From: Octopus vulgaris | Taxonomy: Eukaryota | Assembly: GCA_951406725.2 (NCBI GenBank) | Contig: OX597814.1 | Span: forward strand, 86,552,001-86,616,000 | DNA length: 64,000 bases | Reading direction: 5' to 3' | Shown here: one piece after another, positions 11,861 to 24,299 of the stretch | How positions within the stretch are numbered: position 1 is the stretch's first letter | Layout: each line of letters opens with the position of its first letter | Notes under the pieces: generated by a model | Seen by the model: only the letters and a program-made list of their open reading frames with translations | Told to the model about the DNA's origin: nothing | The model's database searches: none | Position numbers and translations under genes: made by a program

Positions 11861-13371
11861 GTTCTAGAAGCAGTGTAGAAACACTATCACAATGAACCAA
11901 ACTACGTCTCTACATCCCTTCTCTTCCTCACATTTCTGCTTCATGTACTATGATTACCTCCCACTCCCTAATCTTGTCCTCTTGGCCTGGTGCCACTGCA
12001 TCATTGCTCTCTGCTTGCCCCTGACCTGCGCATTCTACCCACATGCCTTGTCTCACTCTATTATTGCCATCTGCTAGTCCCTGACCTGGGTGTTCCACCC
12101 ACACGGAACAAGAAACTTTTACCTCACCCTACTCCAACAAACCAATTTACATCTCTTCTTTTTCTCACATTTCCTTCAACAACATCTCAAACCACAAGTT
12201 AAAAAATTACACAAAGTTCAGTGATAAAAAATTCTGCAGTAATTGCTGTATTTTATCACACAAGTTAAGCACACTAAACTTGTTTTAACCCTTTAGCATT
12301 TAAACAGACCATATCTGGCCCAAATATTCTACCTGTTTTATGTTCATACCAGCTAGATCTGGCCCCTCACACCTACTCTACGTCATTCAAAAAATACTCA
12401 ATTACATCATCAAAATCTTGAAGCTACAAGATAATGATAATTTAAAACAATCATCATTTAACATCTGCTGGCATGAGTTGGACAGTTTGAAGAGCTGCCC
12501 AGGCCCCATGTTTTGGCATGGTTTCTACAACTGGATGCCCTTCCTAATGCCAAACACTTTACAGAGTGTACTGGGTGATTTTATGTAGCACCGAATATGA
12601 ACAAATAAACATTACACTTGACAGAGTAATGCAAATGCTAAAAGATTAAATAACTGAACAGAAACTGGGGTCACAATAATTTTATAAGTGTTGATCAGCA
12701 TCAGAATAAGTTGTCAATCCTTCCTAACATTCATCACATCTCAATTGAAAATGGGAGTTGTTTAAAAATAGATGGCATTTTCAGTGAGAAAAAGACTACC
12801 GACAGTAAAAAGTACCTTATTGCAGACACAGAAGTTGTAAAGTTAGATTTCAGATGAGGTGAGATGGGATCAAGACAGTTGGTGACATGTTGCAGTGCAG
12901 TCATGACATCATTTAGATGGTCTTCTCCAGCACAACTTGTGGTCTTTTGTCATCATCTGAGGTCCAACCTCTTGAGATCAGCTGTTACTATACCTTCCCA
13001 CTCTTCTTTCATAGTTTTCTGTCACTTACATCACTTGGCACTTTTTGACTCAAATCATCATCCTCCATACACATCACATATTTGTACCAGATAAGACTTC
13101 TCTAGTACATTACATAAACTCCTCTGATACAGCTTAGAGAACCATAACAAATAGGAGGGGATTAAGAACTGAACCCTGATGTACAACAACTACCTGCATA
13201 TTAAATTCCTCACCAAATTCACTTAATTCTCACCAATTACATTTTAGATGACTGTGAAACCATGAAATCTTTAAAGTCCCAAGAAATCCGATGGATAATG
13301 AGATGAAAATGAAAGAAATTTAATATTAAATTCCCTCAAATCATTGCAATCTTGTTGTTGCCAATACTTAC

Positions 13372-13506
13372 TTTTTCTTTATACTGCAAGCCTTTACTTT
13401 TACTTGGTCGTCCTTTAATAATAGCATAGCAGAAGAGAGTAACGACCATCACAAACAGGAAATAACTGGTATGCATCAAATGTAGGTTGATAACTGACCG
13501 GTCACG
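13372..13506 (-). CDS. TMEM248: TMEM248 coding exon 6 (RDRSVINLHLMHTSYFLFVMVVTLFCYAIIKGRPSKSKGLQYKEK; second TM helix)
   Basis: Not in the ORF track. Acceptor ttgttag ending 13507, donor gtaagt at 13371. 135 nt, phase 0. Near-identical to the hallmark DRS.INLHLMHTSYFLFVMV.T.FCYA.IKGRPSK motif. Confidence 0.95.
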
Positions 13507-14238
13507 CTAACAATTTAAAAGAAATTTTAAAAACAGGTCAGATAAAGTGCATAAATAAGAAACAAGAGAAATACTTTTAATTATAATACAGTTTCTTAAA
13601 TAATACTAAAAATAATTACTTTGCACAATCCTTATTCACTCATAATAACATTGTGTTGAAAATCCCTTTTTATATGAAATATAGAAAGGGATTGATTTTC
13701 AGTATGATGTCACTATAACATCTAACAATTTGCACCAAACCTTAACTGTCATATTTCCTGCATACAAGTCAATGCAGTGTGTAGTGTAAACATACAACCA
13801 TTATCACTATCTTTTGAAATCTTGCTGCATTTCAACATGGAAGTTTTAGTCCTTCAAAGTTGTCTTGGTATATAAGTCAATCTACCTTTTTCAACAATAA
13901 ATTTTGGTCTGAAAAATTCGACTTGTATGCCAGGAAGTATGGTTTACAAACCTCATCCAGTTATTCCTATACAACAGTCTTAAAAAAGCTTGTAGATTTT
14001 TTGAGCACTATTCATCCTTATAAAAACAAAATAATGGTACAGGTAGCAGAATACTAGACTAGATATTGCACTGCATTTCATCCAGTGACTTACATTTCTA
14101 ACTTCAAAATATGCTAGAATTAATTTTGCTATTTATTTGTCTAGTGATTGATAAAATGTTAGTAACATTATTTCTCCTATCTGTCCCAGCTTTTAATTAA
14201 AATAAATCATTACTAGAGGGAAATAAAGTTCAGCATAC

Positions 14239-14404
14239 CAGTGACAGCATCACAGTTAAAGTGGGGTCAAGATTGTAGCGGACATTGATCAAGGGTTTAT
14301 TCCGGCACCAGACATAACTGTCAGATAAGACAGTGTTACGACCAATCATGCGAGCATGATATTCAACACCAGTTTCATTCACTCCATAACAGGCACTGGG
14401 TTTC
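14239..14404 (-). CDS. TMEM248: TMEM248 coding exon 5 (KPSACYGVNETG...WCRNKPLINVRYNLDPTLTVMLSL)
   Basis: Acceptor ctcag ending 14405, donor gtatgc at 14238. 166 nt, phase 2 to 0. WC...L.P.LTV motif. Confidence 0.92.
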
Positions 14405-14997
14405 CTGAGCATTAAAAAGAAAAATGAAAAATGTCATGAAATGATCAAGTACAAAACTTATATCAACACCTTTTTACTATGTTGCTGTTTCTGTGATTGT
14501 TCTGAAATAAGGAAAATAGCTAAAACTTGTGATGAAGAGGCTGGAAAGATGATCATGACAAATGAGATTGTAATTAGTGGTAATCAAGAATGGTTGTGAA
14601 CGATGACAGTCATATGACAGTTGAAATGAAGGTGGTAATACACTGATGGTGACTGATAGTAATGATGGTCATAAAGATATCAACAAAGTTTAATCAAAGA
14701 TTAAACTGACATCCAAATATGGATTCCAGTGCATTGTGACATATATACAGATATATACAGAAAAATAATACCTTGATAAACACTTAGACAGTCTTACACA
14801 TCACAGCACAAACACATACATCATTACCTTCAATAACACAATAAATACCATTACATACATGTATACATTGAACATTACCTAAAACATACACATTAACCAT
14901 AACAGTGTGTGTATGTGCACATTCAGATACACGCACATGCACACACACATACATGATAATATCAAAGAAGATTAAGGCAAACAATCTGAAACTGTAC

Positions 14998-15148
14998 CTT
15001 GTAAGCGGGAAGAAATTGGGTGGTGCACTGAACGTCATGCATGTATATATCTTAACACCATTGCACACACCATTATTACTGCAGCTGGTTGTGTTCCATT
15101 CAAAAGGTAACTCAAATGTTACAAGCATCTCCATATTGCCTGCATCAC
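14998..15148 (-). CDS. TMEM248: TMEM248 coding exon 4 (DAGNMEMLVTFELPFEWNTTSCSNNGVCNGVKIYTCMTFSAPPNFFPLTR)
   Basis: Acceptor tttttag ending 15149, donor AG|gtacag at 14997. 151 nt, phase 1 to 2. Conserved TF.LP..W, three Cys and CMT..A.P..FP.T. Confidence 0.93.
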
Positions 15149-15294
15149 CTAAAAACAAAATTTCATCATTGCTGTTACATGTGGCTCTTTAAGAAAACAT
15201 AATCAAATTGAAAGTAAATTTATAATGCCTTTGGAAGCATAAACATCACAATGCCTATTTCCCCATCATCTGAATCCACATTGTTTATCCATTA

Positions 15295-15805
15295 CCCATG
15301 CTGGTGGTTTGTAAAAGACACCTATGCCCGTGTAGGTGACACTTAAAAGGCACTTGCGTTGGTGACACATAAAGGGCACCCGTGTTATTGACGTGTATAG
15401 CGCACCCATGCCGCTGACGCGTAAAAGGGCACCCGTGCCACCGACACGTAAAGGGCACCTGTGCCAATGACGCATAAAGGACATCCGTGCTGGTGGCGTG
15501 TAAAGGGCACCCGTGCCGGTGACATGTAAAGGGCACCTGTACTGGTGACGTGTAAAGGGCACCCATGCCGGTGACGTGTAAAGGGCACCCGTGCCGGTGA
15601 CACATAAAAGGCACTTGTGAGGTGACATGTAAAAGACAGCCAGTATACTCTATGGAGTGGTTGGCATTAGGAAGAGTATCTAGTCATAGAAACCAAGCCA
15701 AAAACTGACTGGAGCCTGGTACAGCTCTCCGGCTCTTCAGTTCCAATCAAATCATCTAATCCATGTCAGCATGGAAAATAGATGCTAAATGATGATGAGG
15801 ATGAT
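15295..15805 (+). mobile_element. RTE-type 3'UTR carrying a 26-bp minisatellite (about 13 units) and (GAT)n tail
   Basis: Unit GTAAAGGGCACCCGTGCCGGTGACAC repeated over 15295-15640, then the shared RTE 3' tail. Confidence 0.85.
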
Positions 15806-16072
15806 TGAGTAACTGATAAAACCAGCAATGATGAACAAAGGTTTTGAATTTTTCTAAACTATGTTTGTTTTTTTTTCTGCAGATATATAAATGTGAAAGA
15901 TAATAAAAATGGCTGGTAACAGGAAAGGAATCTGTCAGTGGAATACTGTCTCAATAAATTTCTTCAATACTATGCCACCATGGTAAAAGCAGATATGATG
16001 ATGTTGATAAAAACTTCAGCTAGAAAATGTTAGATTATATCTAAATTAGTAATATCTGTATATTGTGTAGAT

Positions 16073-16278
16073 TAGTGATTCTCAACTAGGGTCCGTATAA
16101 GATTTTGCTGTTCAAAATTTATTGGCAATAATTTGGTTATACTTGTACAATACACAGAATATTTTAATTTTTTAAACAATTCCTAATAATAATTATAAAA
16201 ATATAACAGGATTTTTAAACATCCAAGTAAAATAGGAATCAAAGGGGTCCATAGATAAAAGAATGGGTGAAAACACTG
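16073..16278. mobile_element. hAT-type MITE
   Basis: Perfect 8-bp TSD GTGTAGAT (16065-16072 and 16279-16286); termini TAGTGATTCTCA...TGAAAACACTG. Confidence 0.85.
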
Positions 16279-16392
16279 GTGTAGATAAACAATGGCAGGA
16301 GCTGTAGCAAGGATGGAACTCATGATCAGTAATTTCTATTATTATACTTCTTGTAGTACAGATTTAGTACAGACAAGAGAGATTATACATAC

Positions 16393-16508
16393 CAGAGAGC
16401 CCAAGTTGGTAGCCAGGAAGTGTAGTTGTCAGATGTGTTAGATTGTGAGGAATACTGAGAAACTCCAATGTTGGGATTATTTCTACTAACATAGATACTG
16501 TGACATTT
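16393..16508 (-). CDS. TMEM248: TMEM248 coding exon 3 (NVTVSMLVEIIPTLEFLSIPHNLTHLTTTLPGYQLGLSG)
   Basis: Not in the ORF track. Acceptor tttcag ending 16509, donor gtatgt at 16392. 116 nt, phase 2 to 1. Matches the N.THL...G.Q.GLSG motif. Confidence 0.92.
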
Positions 16509-16746
16509 CTGAAAGAGAAAGTGGTACAAGATTGGTGATGTTTTAGTTCATAGTTTAGATATTACTGTTTTCAGAATAAACATAACAATGCTGCTCTTGC
16601 TCTCTCTCTCTCTCTCTCTCTGCGTGTGTGTGGTAGGAGAAACAGAGAGGGTCTAGGATTAAACTGTCTAATGCATTCTTCCCTTTTAAAGTAATAGAGC
16701 AGGATTTGAGAAATAGATTTGGTTCAGATGTGTTTAGTGTTAAGAA

Positions 16747-17406
16747 AATCGTTTTTTATTTCGTATATTTTCATTTGTCTTGCTTATTTTTACATTGTTT
16801 TTTTGCTGAGATTTTTCTTGAGAACACATTCTTAGTGGTAATGGCGATTTGACATCTATGTTTAGCATATAGGCTGTCCACTTGTAGAGGTCAGTCCTTT
16901 AAATTTTGTATGTAAAACAATTTTTAATCTTTGTATTTTTTTAAAATATGCTAAGCCACTGGTTTTAATTGATTAATATCAATTTCTACCCTTATTTAAT
17001 TTTAAATTAAGAAAAAAATGTTCTCTAACTGGTAAATTGACTACTGCAGAGTAGTTTCTGATCTCAGCGCGCTAAAGTGAAGACATTTGAAAGATACACT
17101 TAAAATATAATTTGTAGAACATTATACATGCTGGATTTCAGTTGAGCATTCTGTATCTAGTTCTGTAAATTATGTTTTGTAAACGACAGACTATGCTGAT
17201 GATCTTGCAGATGTTTGCGCGTCCATATATGTAAATATTAACAAGTGAAACCAATGGTATATAGGTAATCGTTTTTTATTTCGTATATTTTCATTTGTCT
17301 TGCTTATTTTTACATTTTGTTTTTTTTGCTGAGATTTTTCTTGAGAGCACATTCTTTGTGGTAATGGTAATTTGACATCTATGTTTAGCATATAGGCTGT
17401 CCACTT
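16747..17406. repeat. About 140-bp direct repeat pair, period 520 bp
   Basis: 16747-16883 matches 17267-17406 with few differences. Confidence 0.85.
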
Positions 17407-18112
17407 TTAGTGGTTGTGTATGTGTGTGTGTGTCTCAAGTTGTAGCTGTAATTCAAAGGGGCCAACCTTGTCATATTCTGTATGAGGCTGAATCTCAATG
17501 AGAACTACATTAATGTCATGCATGTCTGTGGAGTACTCAGCCATTTGTAAGTTAATTTTATCCTTGTGTGGTAATGAAAAGTGAAATTGACAACCAGTAT
17601 TTGCTGTGTCTATGTATCTATGTATGAACTGTCTCTCTCACTTTCTTTCTCTTTCACTTCCTTTGTGTCCCTCCTGTCTTCTGATTTAAAAATGTGTATA
17701 TTTATCAATGTATCTACTTCTCTTGCGATGTGATAAACATTTAAAAACACAAAATGAATGCAATCACCACTCACTGTCTCTTTCATTCTCTCTCTTTCTC
17801 TCTCACTCACTCACTTTCACTCTCTTTTACGTCCTCTCTGAAATACTTAAAAACACAAGACGAACACCATCACCACTCACTGTCTCTTTCACTCTCACTC
17901 TCTCTTTTTCTCTTACTTTCTCTCTGTCCTCCTCTCTCTCGCCTTGCCACTTCATTGAAGTGTGACGCACACAACAAGTACATACAAAAACACAAAGTTA
18001 GCGTATTAATATTATTGATGATGATGTAATACAAATAAAATTTATTTGATGTACTGTGAAATTGAGAGAGAGAAAGAGACAGGGAGGGCGAGAAGTGTCC
18101 AGAAATACTTAC

Positions 18113-18303
18113 ACATAATTTTCTGGGACAATTCCAGGTGCAGCAGATTCTGTGCTGTTTAGTTCTAGTGTGGAGAGATCTACTGTTGGTGTTGTTGGAA
18201 CAGCAACTGTGGTGGACTGAGTTCCACTTTGAGAAGAATCACTCGAGTTATTTAACACACAAAATTCTACATGAGCTAAATTCTCTAAGAACATGTTCCA
18301 GTC
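18113..18303 (-). CDS. TMEM248: TMEM248 coding exon 2 (DWNMFLENLAHVEFCVLNNSS...ENYV)
   Basis: Acceptor ttttcag ending 18304, donor gtaagt at 18112. 191 nt, phase 0 to 2. DWNxFL..L...C motif followed by an S/T-rich luminal linker. Confidence 0.92.
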
Positions 18304-18581
18304 CTGAAAAAAAGAAAAGACAGATGTAAACTACATATAGACATAAATGTCATACACCATGATGGTGATAAAGATGCTGCTAATGACGAAGCTGATGTCC
18401 TATTTGTGAACTATATAATTCTAATTGCCTTGTACTTGTTGATAAGCTGGTGGTGATATTTTTATTATCAAATTACTATTTCCAGGTAAAGATGTAAATG
18501 TGCAATTAAGAAGTTCACTTTACAACTATGTGGTTCCAAGTCAGATCTTTCTGCTTGAAAGTAGTGTGTCTTTTGCTTTGC

Positions 18582-18612
<31 letters not shown>

Positions 18613-18617
<5 letters not shown>

Positions 18618-19205
18618 GGTGCGGTGGGTAAATTGTCGCCATTTTATATGTTCAATTTCGCACATGCACATTGTTTATTTTTGATTTTCTTGACTGCACA
18701 GTATAGTAGGATCAGTTGAGCACTGTCTAAGAAAAACAGCACCATCGCACAATTCAGTCTGCCAGAAATTTGGAAATGACATGCTGTACTTCTTGGCATT
18801 TGCAGCAGACACTCCAATACGAACATTTCAGAGTGATTGGGTGTCAATCTGATGACAGTGCAGAGGATTCATAAAGAGTTGGATGAGTTTAATGGTGATT
18901 ACAAAGGTATGACAGCTCAGAAAATTCACTCTAATCATTCTGATAAGAAAAGAACGCCTGAATTTGTTGGTGAGATCCAGGCTATGATTGACAACAATTC
19001 CTCCAAGTCAATCAGGTCCATTGCCAGGGACATGAGAGTGTCTGAGTTTCTTATCAGGCAGGTAGTGCATAAAGATATTGATCATTTCTCATACATGATG
19101 AGAAAGGACCAATTTTTATTGCAAGTCATCAATGACAAGAGGAAAGACAGCACTGCAAATCTTTAGAACAAACTCAAGCATCCCCTCCAACTGAACATGC
19201 TTGAA
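18613..19205 (+). mobile_element. Tc1/mariner-superfamily element, 5' fragment with transposase HTH remnant
   Basis: Starts CAGAGGGTG after (CA)n. ORF 18837-19166 has ...KSIRSIARDMRVSEFLIRQVVH.D....Y..RK.Q.L, typical of the second HTH region. Confidence 0.75.
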
Positions 19206-20131
19206 AAGTTATAACCCATGAATACTAATTCATAAAATGCTTATGATATAAAATCAAACTTTTTTTTACACATACTCTTAGCAATCCCTTATCAAGCTTT
19301 CTTGTTATATGTTTAGAATGGTGATAATAAGGCACACAATTATATACATAGTTTCAGTAAAGAAATATACTGGTTTCAAATTTTGGCACAATCCAACAGT
19401 TTTGGTGAAGGGGGCAAGTCGATTACATCAACCCCAGTGCTCAACTGATAATTATTTTATCAACCCCAAAAGGAAGAAAGGTAAAGTCAACCTTGGCAGA
19501 ATATGAACACAGAACATGAATAAAATGTCACTAAACATTTTGCTGATGTGCTAATGATTCCACCAGCTAGCCACCTTATAAAAATGTTATATTAGCAGCA
19601 AATTAGATGTGTGTTCCAACTGACTTTTAGTTATAAGTATTTTAATTAGCTCTTGATAAGGCATGAGCATGACAATACATATTTTCCCAAATCTGAAATG
19701 AACAAAGTTGGTCACCCACTGATAAATATCTTAAGTCATAGAAATAAGTCAAGCTCAATTTGAGATTAGTTATAAAGAAGCATCACAGTACATATTTTCC
19801 GAGCTATTTGAAGGTTTATCACTCACTGCAGATAAGGGCTGGCAGCAGGAATGGCACCTGGCCATAGAAAATCCTCCTCACCAAATTCTGCCCAGCCCAA
19901 GTCAAGTTACATTTGAGATTAATTGCACAAGGGGTAAAATTTCTCATAGCATCAGATCAACTTTTTCCCACAAGCCAAATATACTTATCCAGATGTTTCA
20001 GTGAGTTAGATTTTATTTCAACTATATGAGTGAACAAACAATACTTATAACAAGTTATATTGATATCTAGCTAATATTTACAACAAAGACAGGAAAATGA
20101 AAGAACCAATACAGAGAAGTGTATATCTTAC

Positions 20132-20287
20132 CTCAGTTATATCAGGGTTGGTAATTTCTCTAACTTTAATGTAGTAAGCAAGGGTCAGCAAAACTACAGC
20201 AAATGAACCCAGACAAATCATAAATATGATAATTGGGGGCCGGCTTGTGGCAAAGCCTCTCAAGTTCTCATAAATTGGAAATGCCAT
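20132..20287 (-). CDS. TMEM248: TMEM248 orthologue, coding exon 1 (MAFPIYENLRGFATSRPPIIIFMICLGSFAVVLLTLAYYIKVREITNPDITE; first TM helix)
   Basis: ATG at 20287, 4 nt after a polypyrimidine-CAG acceptor (20294-20292); donor GAG|gtaag at 20131. 156 nt, phase 0. Resembles the vertebrate TMEM248 N-terminus (ENL...SRPP..FM..., recalled from memory). Confidence 0.93.
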
Positions 20288-20319
20288 TGAGCTGAAAAAA
20301 ATAAAAAAATAAATAAAAA

Positions 20320-20532
20320 TCCTTTCTACTATAGGCAAAGGGCCTGAAATTTAGGGGTGAGAGTAAATCAATTACATTAACCCCAGTGCTCAACTAGTAC
20401 TTATTTTACTGACCCCAAAAGGATGAAAGGCAAAGTCAACCTCGGCGGAATTTGAACTCAGAATATAGCAGCAGACAAAGTACCGCTAAGCATTTCACCT
20501 GGTGTGCTAATGATTCTGCTAGCTCGCCACCT
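20320..20532 (-). mobile_element. tRNA-derived SINE, family 2 (GGCGAGCTAGCAGAATC...GAGTTCAAATTCCGCC)
   Basis: A and B boxes. Other copies near 19370-19575(-), 21745-21930(-), 29900-30085(+), 49700-49885(-), 56695-56900(+). Confidence 0.8.
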
Positions 20533-20569
20533 TAACAACAACAACAACAACAATAATAATAATAATAAT

Positions 20570-21176
20570 AAATCAAAAAAAGAAACAAAGAGCATAATTG
20601 TAGCAGCCCAAGATCAAGAGTTAAAAATAAACAACTTGATATATGTGAGAAGGTGTCAGAAAAATGTAGAGCCTGTGGAACTTGGAATGGACAGAATGAC
20701 CCAGGATGAATATAAAAATGGAGGCATGACCAGGTTGTAAAAGTTTTACACTGGAAAACTGGAGTCGGAGAAGTATAAGATTTTGTGGTACTTTCCTATT
20801 CAAATGGACAAGAAGTTAGAAAATAGTAGACTGGATATAACAATTATAGATAAGGAAAAGAGAAGTTGCTTACTAATCAACCCATCATGGCTGTTTGATT
20901 CTGGGATTGTAAAGAAAGAGGAAGAATTTGGAGCATGAGAACAGTAAAGGTCATGCTTATAATAATTGGTGCATGAAGGAAATTGGAATAGAATATCTGG
21001 TAGAGCTCCTACAGAAAGTTTGTCTCTTAGGGACAGCAAGGATTATCAGGAGGGTTCTGAGCACTTAAAAGATCACTGAAAACTTGTGGATACCTAAACT
21101 TACAAGTAGTAACCTGTTAGCCACATAAATCCTACCAGGAATAAGACCAAACCTGAGCCAAACCAAAATAATAATA
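20570..21176 (+). mobile_element. R4/Dong-clade non-LTR retrotransposon 3' remnant (restriction-like endonuclease)
   Basis: Translations IVAAQDQ.L, HDQV.KVLHW, KILW.FPIQ.DK.LE..R.DI.IIDK, LQKVCLLGTARIIRRVL-stop. Flanked by (CAA)/(TAA) repeats. Confidence 0.82.
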
Positions 21177-21184
21177 TACAGTAC

Positions 21185-21743
21185 CGAGTACTGGCTCTCA
21201 TGGCTTCTGATCTTAACTGATTGGAAGTGCTATCATGTATATGTTTTGTCTTGGTATAAAAGATGGGCTATAGCAAATATTCTGTTCAATACCACAGGTT
21301 TGCTTGTCAGTTGTTTGACCATAACCAGTTGAGCATGTTTCTTGGTGGTTGATGATATGTGCATCTCTGATCATGAGTAGAAGTAGTGGAGGAGTATCAA
21401 AGCCATGTGTTGAGAGAAATTGTTTGGAGTTTGAATAATTCCCCTCTGGAAATATGGGTGTTTCATTCAACATCCTTAAACAACCCTTATTCAGGGACCT
21501 TTTGAGCAGGATGGGCTACTGAAGAAAATTCTAACTGGGCCCTACCTGTAAGGTCATGCAATGTTTATCTTGATATGAGACCACCATGTCACGCACATAT
21601 GGCTGTGATGCATGTGCCTGGTGTACCCTTATCAGACAGGTAGTCATGATGGGTATACTAGGCTTTGTATATTTTACCCCAGTGTCACTTTGATGGCATG
21701 CACTGCTCTCACACTCAATAATAATAATAATAAATAATAATAA
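21185..21743 (+). mobile_element. Retroposon 3'UTR-like element with (AAT)n tail, unclassified
   Basis: Ends in ...CTCTCACACTCAATAATAAT(n); no ORF. Confidence 0.55.
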
Positions 21744-23962
21744 TGGTTTCAAATTTTGGCACAAGGCCAGTAAGTTGTGAGTGGAGTTAATTGATTACAT
21801 CAACCCCAGTGCTCAACTGGTACTTTTTTTTTTATCAACCCCGAAAGGATGAAAGGCAAAGTCAACCTCAGCGTAATTTGAACTTGGAACTTGACAGATG
21901 AAATACTACTAAGTATTTTGCCCAGTGAATAATTTTATAATTAGGTACAAGGTTTCAAATTTAGAGATTGGTATAATCAATTATATCAATCCCAACACCT
22001 GACAAGTAACTTTATTTTATTGAACCCACAAGGATGAAAGGCACAGATAAACTTAGCAAGATCTGAACTAAGGAGGTAAAAGGCTATAGCCAAATACTAC
22101 AGGCATTTTAGTATTCTGTCTGATGCAACAGTAAAAGTGAGGGAGTTGGTGGTGGTTGTGGCAATAGTGAAAGAGGTTATGTCATACTGCAAAATGTGTT
22201 ACAAACTAGAGTAAAAATTAGATATAGGTTTTGTATCTGAGATTATTTATAGGTATTTAACACCAGCTCTGAACTTGAGTTGCAAAAACATTGAGTATAT
22301 GACAAAACACAGCATAATTAACAATCAAGAAGAGAAAAATTAGAGATAAACTCAAGTAGCTTCCAGCTGAAGGTAAGAGAATTCTAGAATTCGTTTTTCT
22401 TTTAAATTTTCACATTTCCATGCTCGTATGGGCTGGGCAGAATCTGTTGAGGGGAATTTTTTTTGACCAGATGCCCTTTCTATTACCAATCCTCATCTGC
22501 TTTCATGTAATGTAACATTTCTCCATGATCAGACTAAATTTCATGGAAGATTGGCAATGAAACATGTTTGCATGGCAGCGACACACATTTACAACTACTA
22601 CACGATGTCAAGGTAAGGAGACAGTAACACACATACACATGATGGGCTTCTATATGCTTACCAAATCCACTCACAAAGCTTTGGTCAGCCCAAGGCTACA
22701 GTAAAAGACATTTGTCTATGGTAACCCAAGACTATGGGGTTAGAAAGCAAACATCTAACCACACAAGTATGCCTGTGGTTGTGTGAAAGAGATTTAGATA
22801 GGAGGGAAGAGGCTTTGCTGGTGGTGACCATAGATCAAGTACTCGAACAAAATTGTAACAGAATAGTGGCTGAAATATTAAATGAATCACGAATGCTACA
22901 ATGAAAAAAACATCTTCCAGATCATGTTGAAATTCTTTGCTGCAAGCAAAGACATCAGAAAATTATAATGTGGAACCTGCCTGTAGTTGAAATGAGAATG
23001 GATAACTAAGACGATGTCAAAAGGTATCAATATCTAATGGATTGGCTGCTAAAACAGACAATCTGATGAACCAATGTAGAAGCCTACATATGGTCACTCA
23101 ACCAGCTAGAAATAGTAACCAAATCTATAATTACAACCTACAGTCATTAACTCTTTTGCTACCTTATTTCTGCTATTTGATTCAATTCATTTTGAAAATA
23201 ATGAATAATTTAGTGAAATAACTACTATTATTTAGTTGGTTTTTCAGAACAAAATTGAAATTTTCAGGCAAGGTACTAATTTAGATCATTTTGAAACGAA
23301 GTTTGTATAATAGGAACAAAGGCAATCTTGAGCTGGTTGGTTTCAAAAGGATTAAAAGAGCCTATAATTCTGATAAAGCTACCTTTCTATTGCACTTTAT
23401 TGAAGACAATGCTTCTGAATGGCCTTAGCTGTGTTGTCTAAAACAAATTAAGGACATGAATATGAGGTTGTGTCAACCCCAGAGTTGCATTTTTTTTTTT
23501 TTTTTTTAGCTGAGGCTTAAATTAAACTGCTTAACAAGGCCTGTTTTCTAGATGTCTTCCCTTGAAATCACAACTGAATCTCTAACATAATGACAGTAGC
23601 TGGTTGCAAATACACATGCAGATTTAAACAATTTGAGAATTGTTCAACTTTTAAAAACTTATTGAATGTAATTGTTTATTTTTCAAATATATTCATGTGG
23701 ATTTCTCTCCATACAAGTAATACTGAGTCACAATTTTTCTGTCATTTTTTCCTTTAGTAAACTAAATAAATATCTTAAACTAAGCTTTATATACTAAATA
23801 TAAACTATCACACTTGAGATGTACCTGTTATAACCCTTTATCTCAATTTGAATGTATGTGAAGGTATTTAGAATGCCCAAACTTATTTCTGCAAATATAC
23901 TAAGCACTGATGGTGATCATAGTTTAATGAATAAGTGTAGGAGCGAGGTAAATGCACTAAAA

Positions 23963-24299
23963 CTAGTCGGGATCAGTGGGGCCCCATTTAAGCGGCCCTT
24001 CAGAAATTGAACCTTCTTACGATACTCCCTGGGAGTTCATGGTTATGAAATTTATTGTCATTGATCTGATTTGGTCACCAATACCATGTATTTAGTTTAA
24101 AATACAGTAAAAATGGGAGGGGGTCAGTGGGTTCCCAATTAGGTGGCCCTTAAAAAAATAGACTCCCTTAGGACATTCCCTGGGGTTAGGGGAGTCATTG
24201 GTTTGAGTTTCATTGTCCTCGCACCAACGATCTTGGAGGAGTTAACGAACATAAAAACATAACAGACAGAGAAACATCACTCAAAAATTTATAATAGGA
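23963..24299 (-). mobile_element. Helitron-like non-autonomous element
   Basis: Minus strand runs A|TCCTATTATAA...GACTAG|T, with a (TCTG) run near the 5' end and two diverged internal units of about 150 bp. A 3' hairpin is not obvious. Confidence 0.5.

Noticed and set aside
15295-15640. CRISPR-like array or repeat-protein ORFs (15266-15628 and overlapping)
   Set aside because: Units are contiguous with no unique spacers, no cas genes are present and the context is eukaryotic. The ORFs are by-products of the minisatellite.
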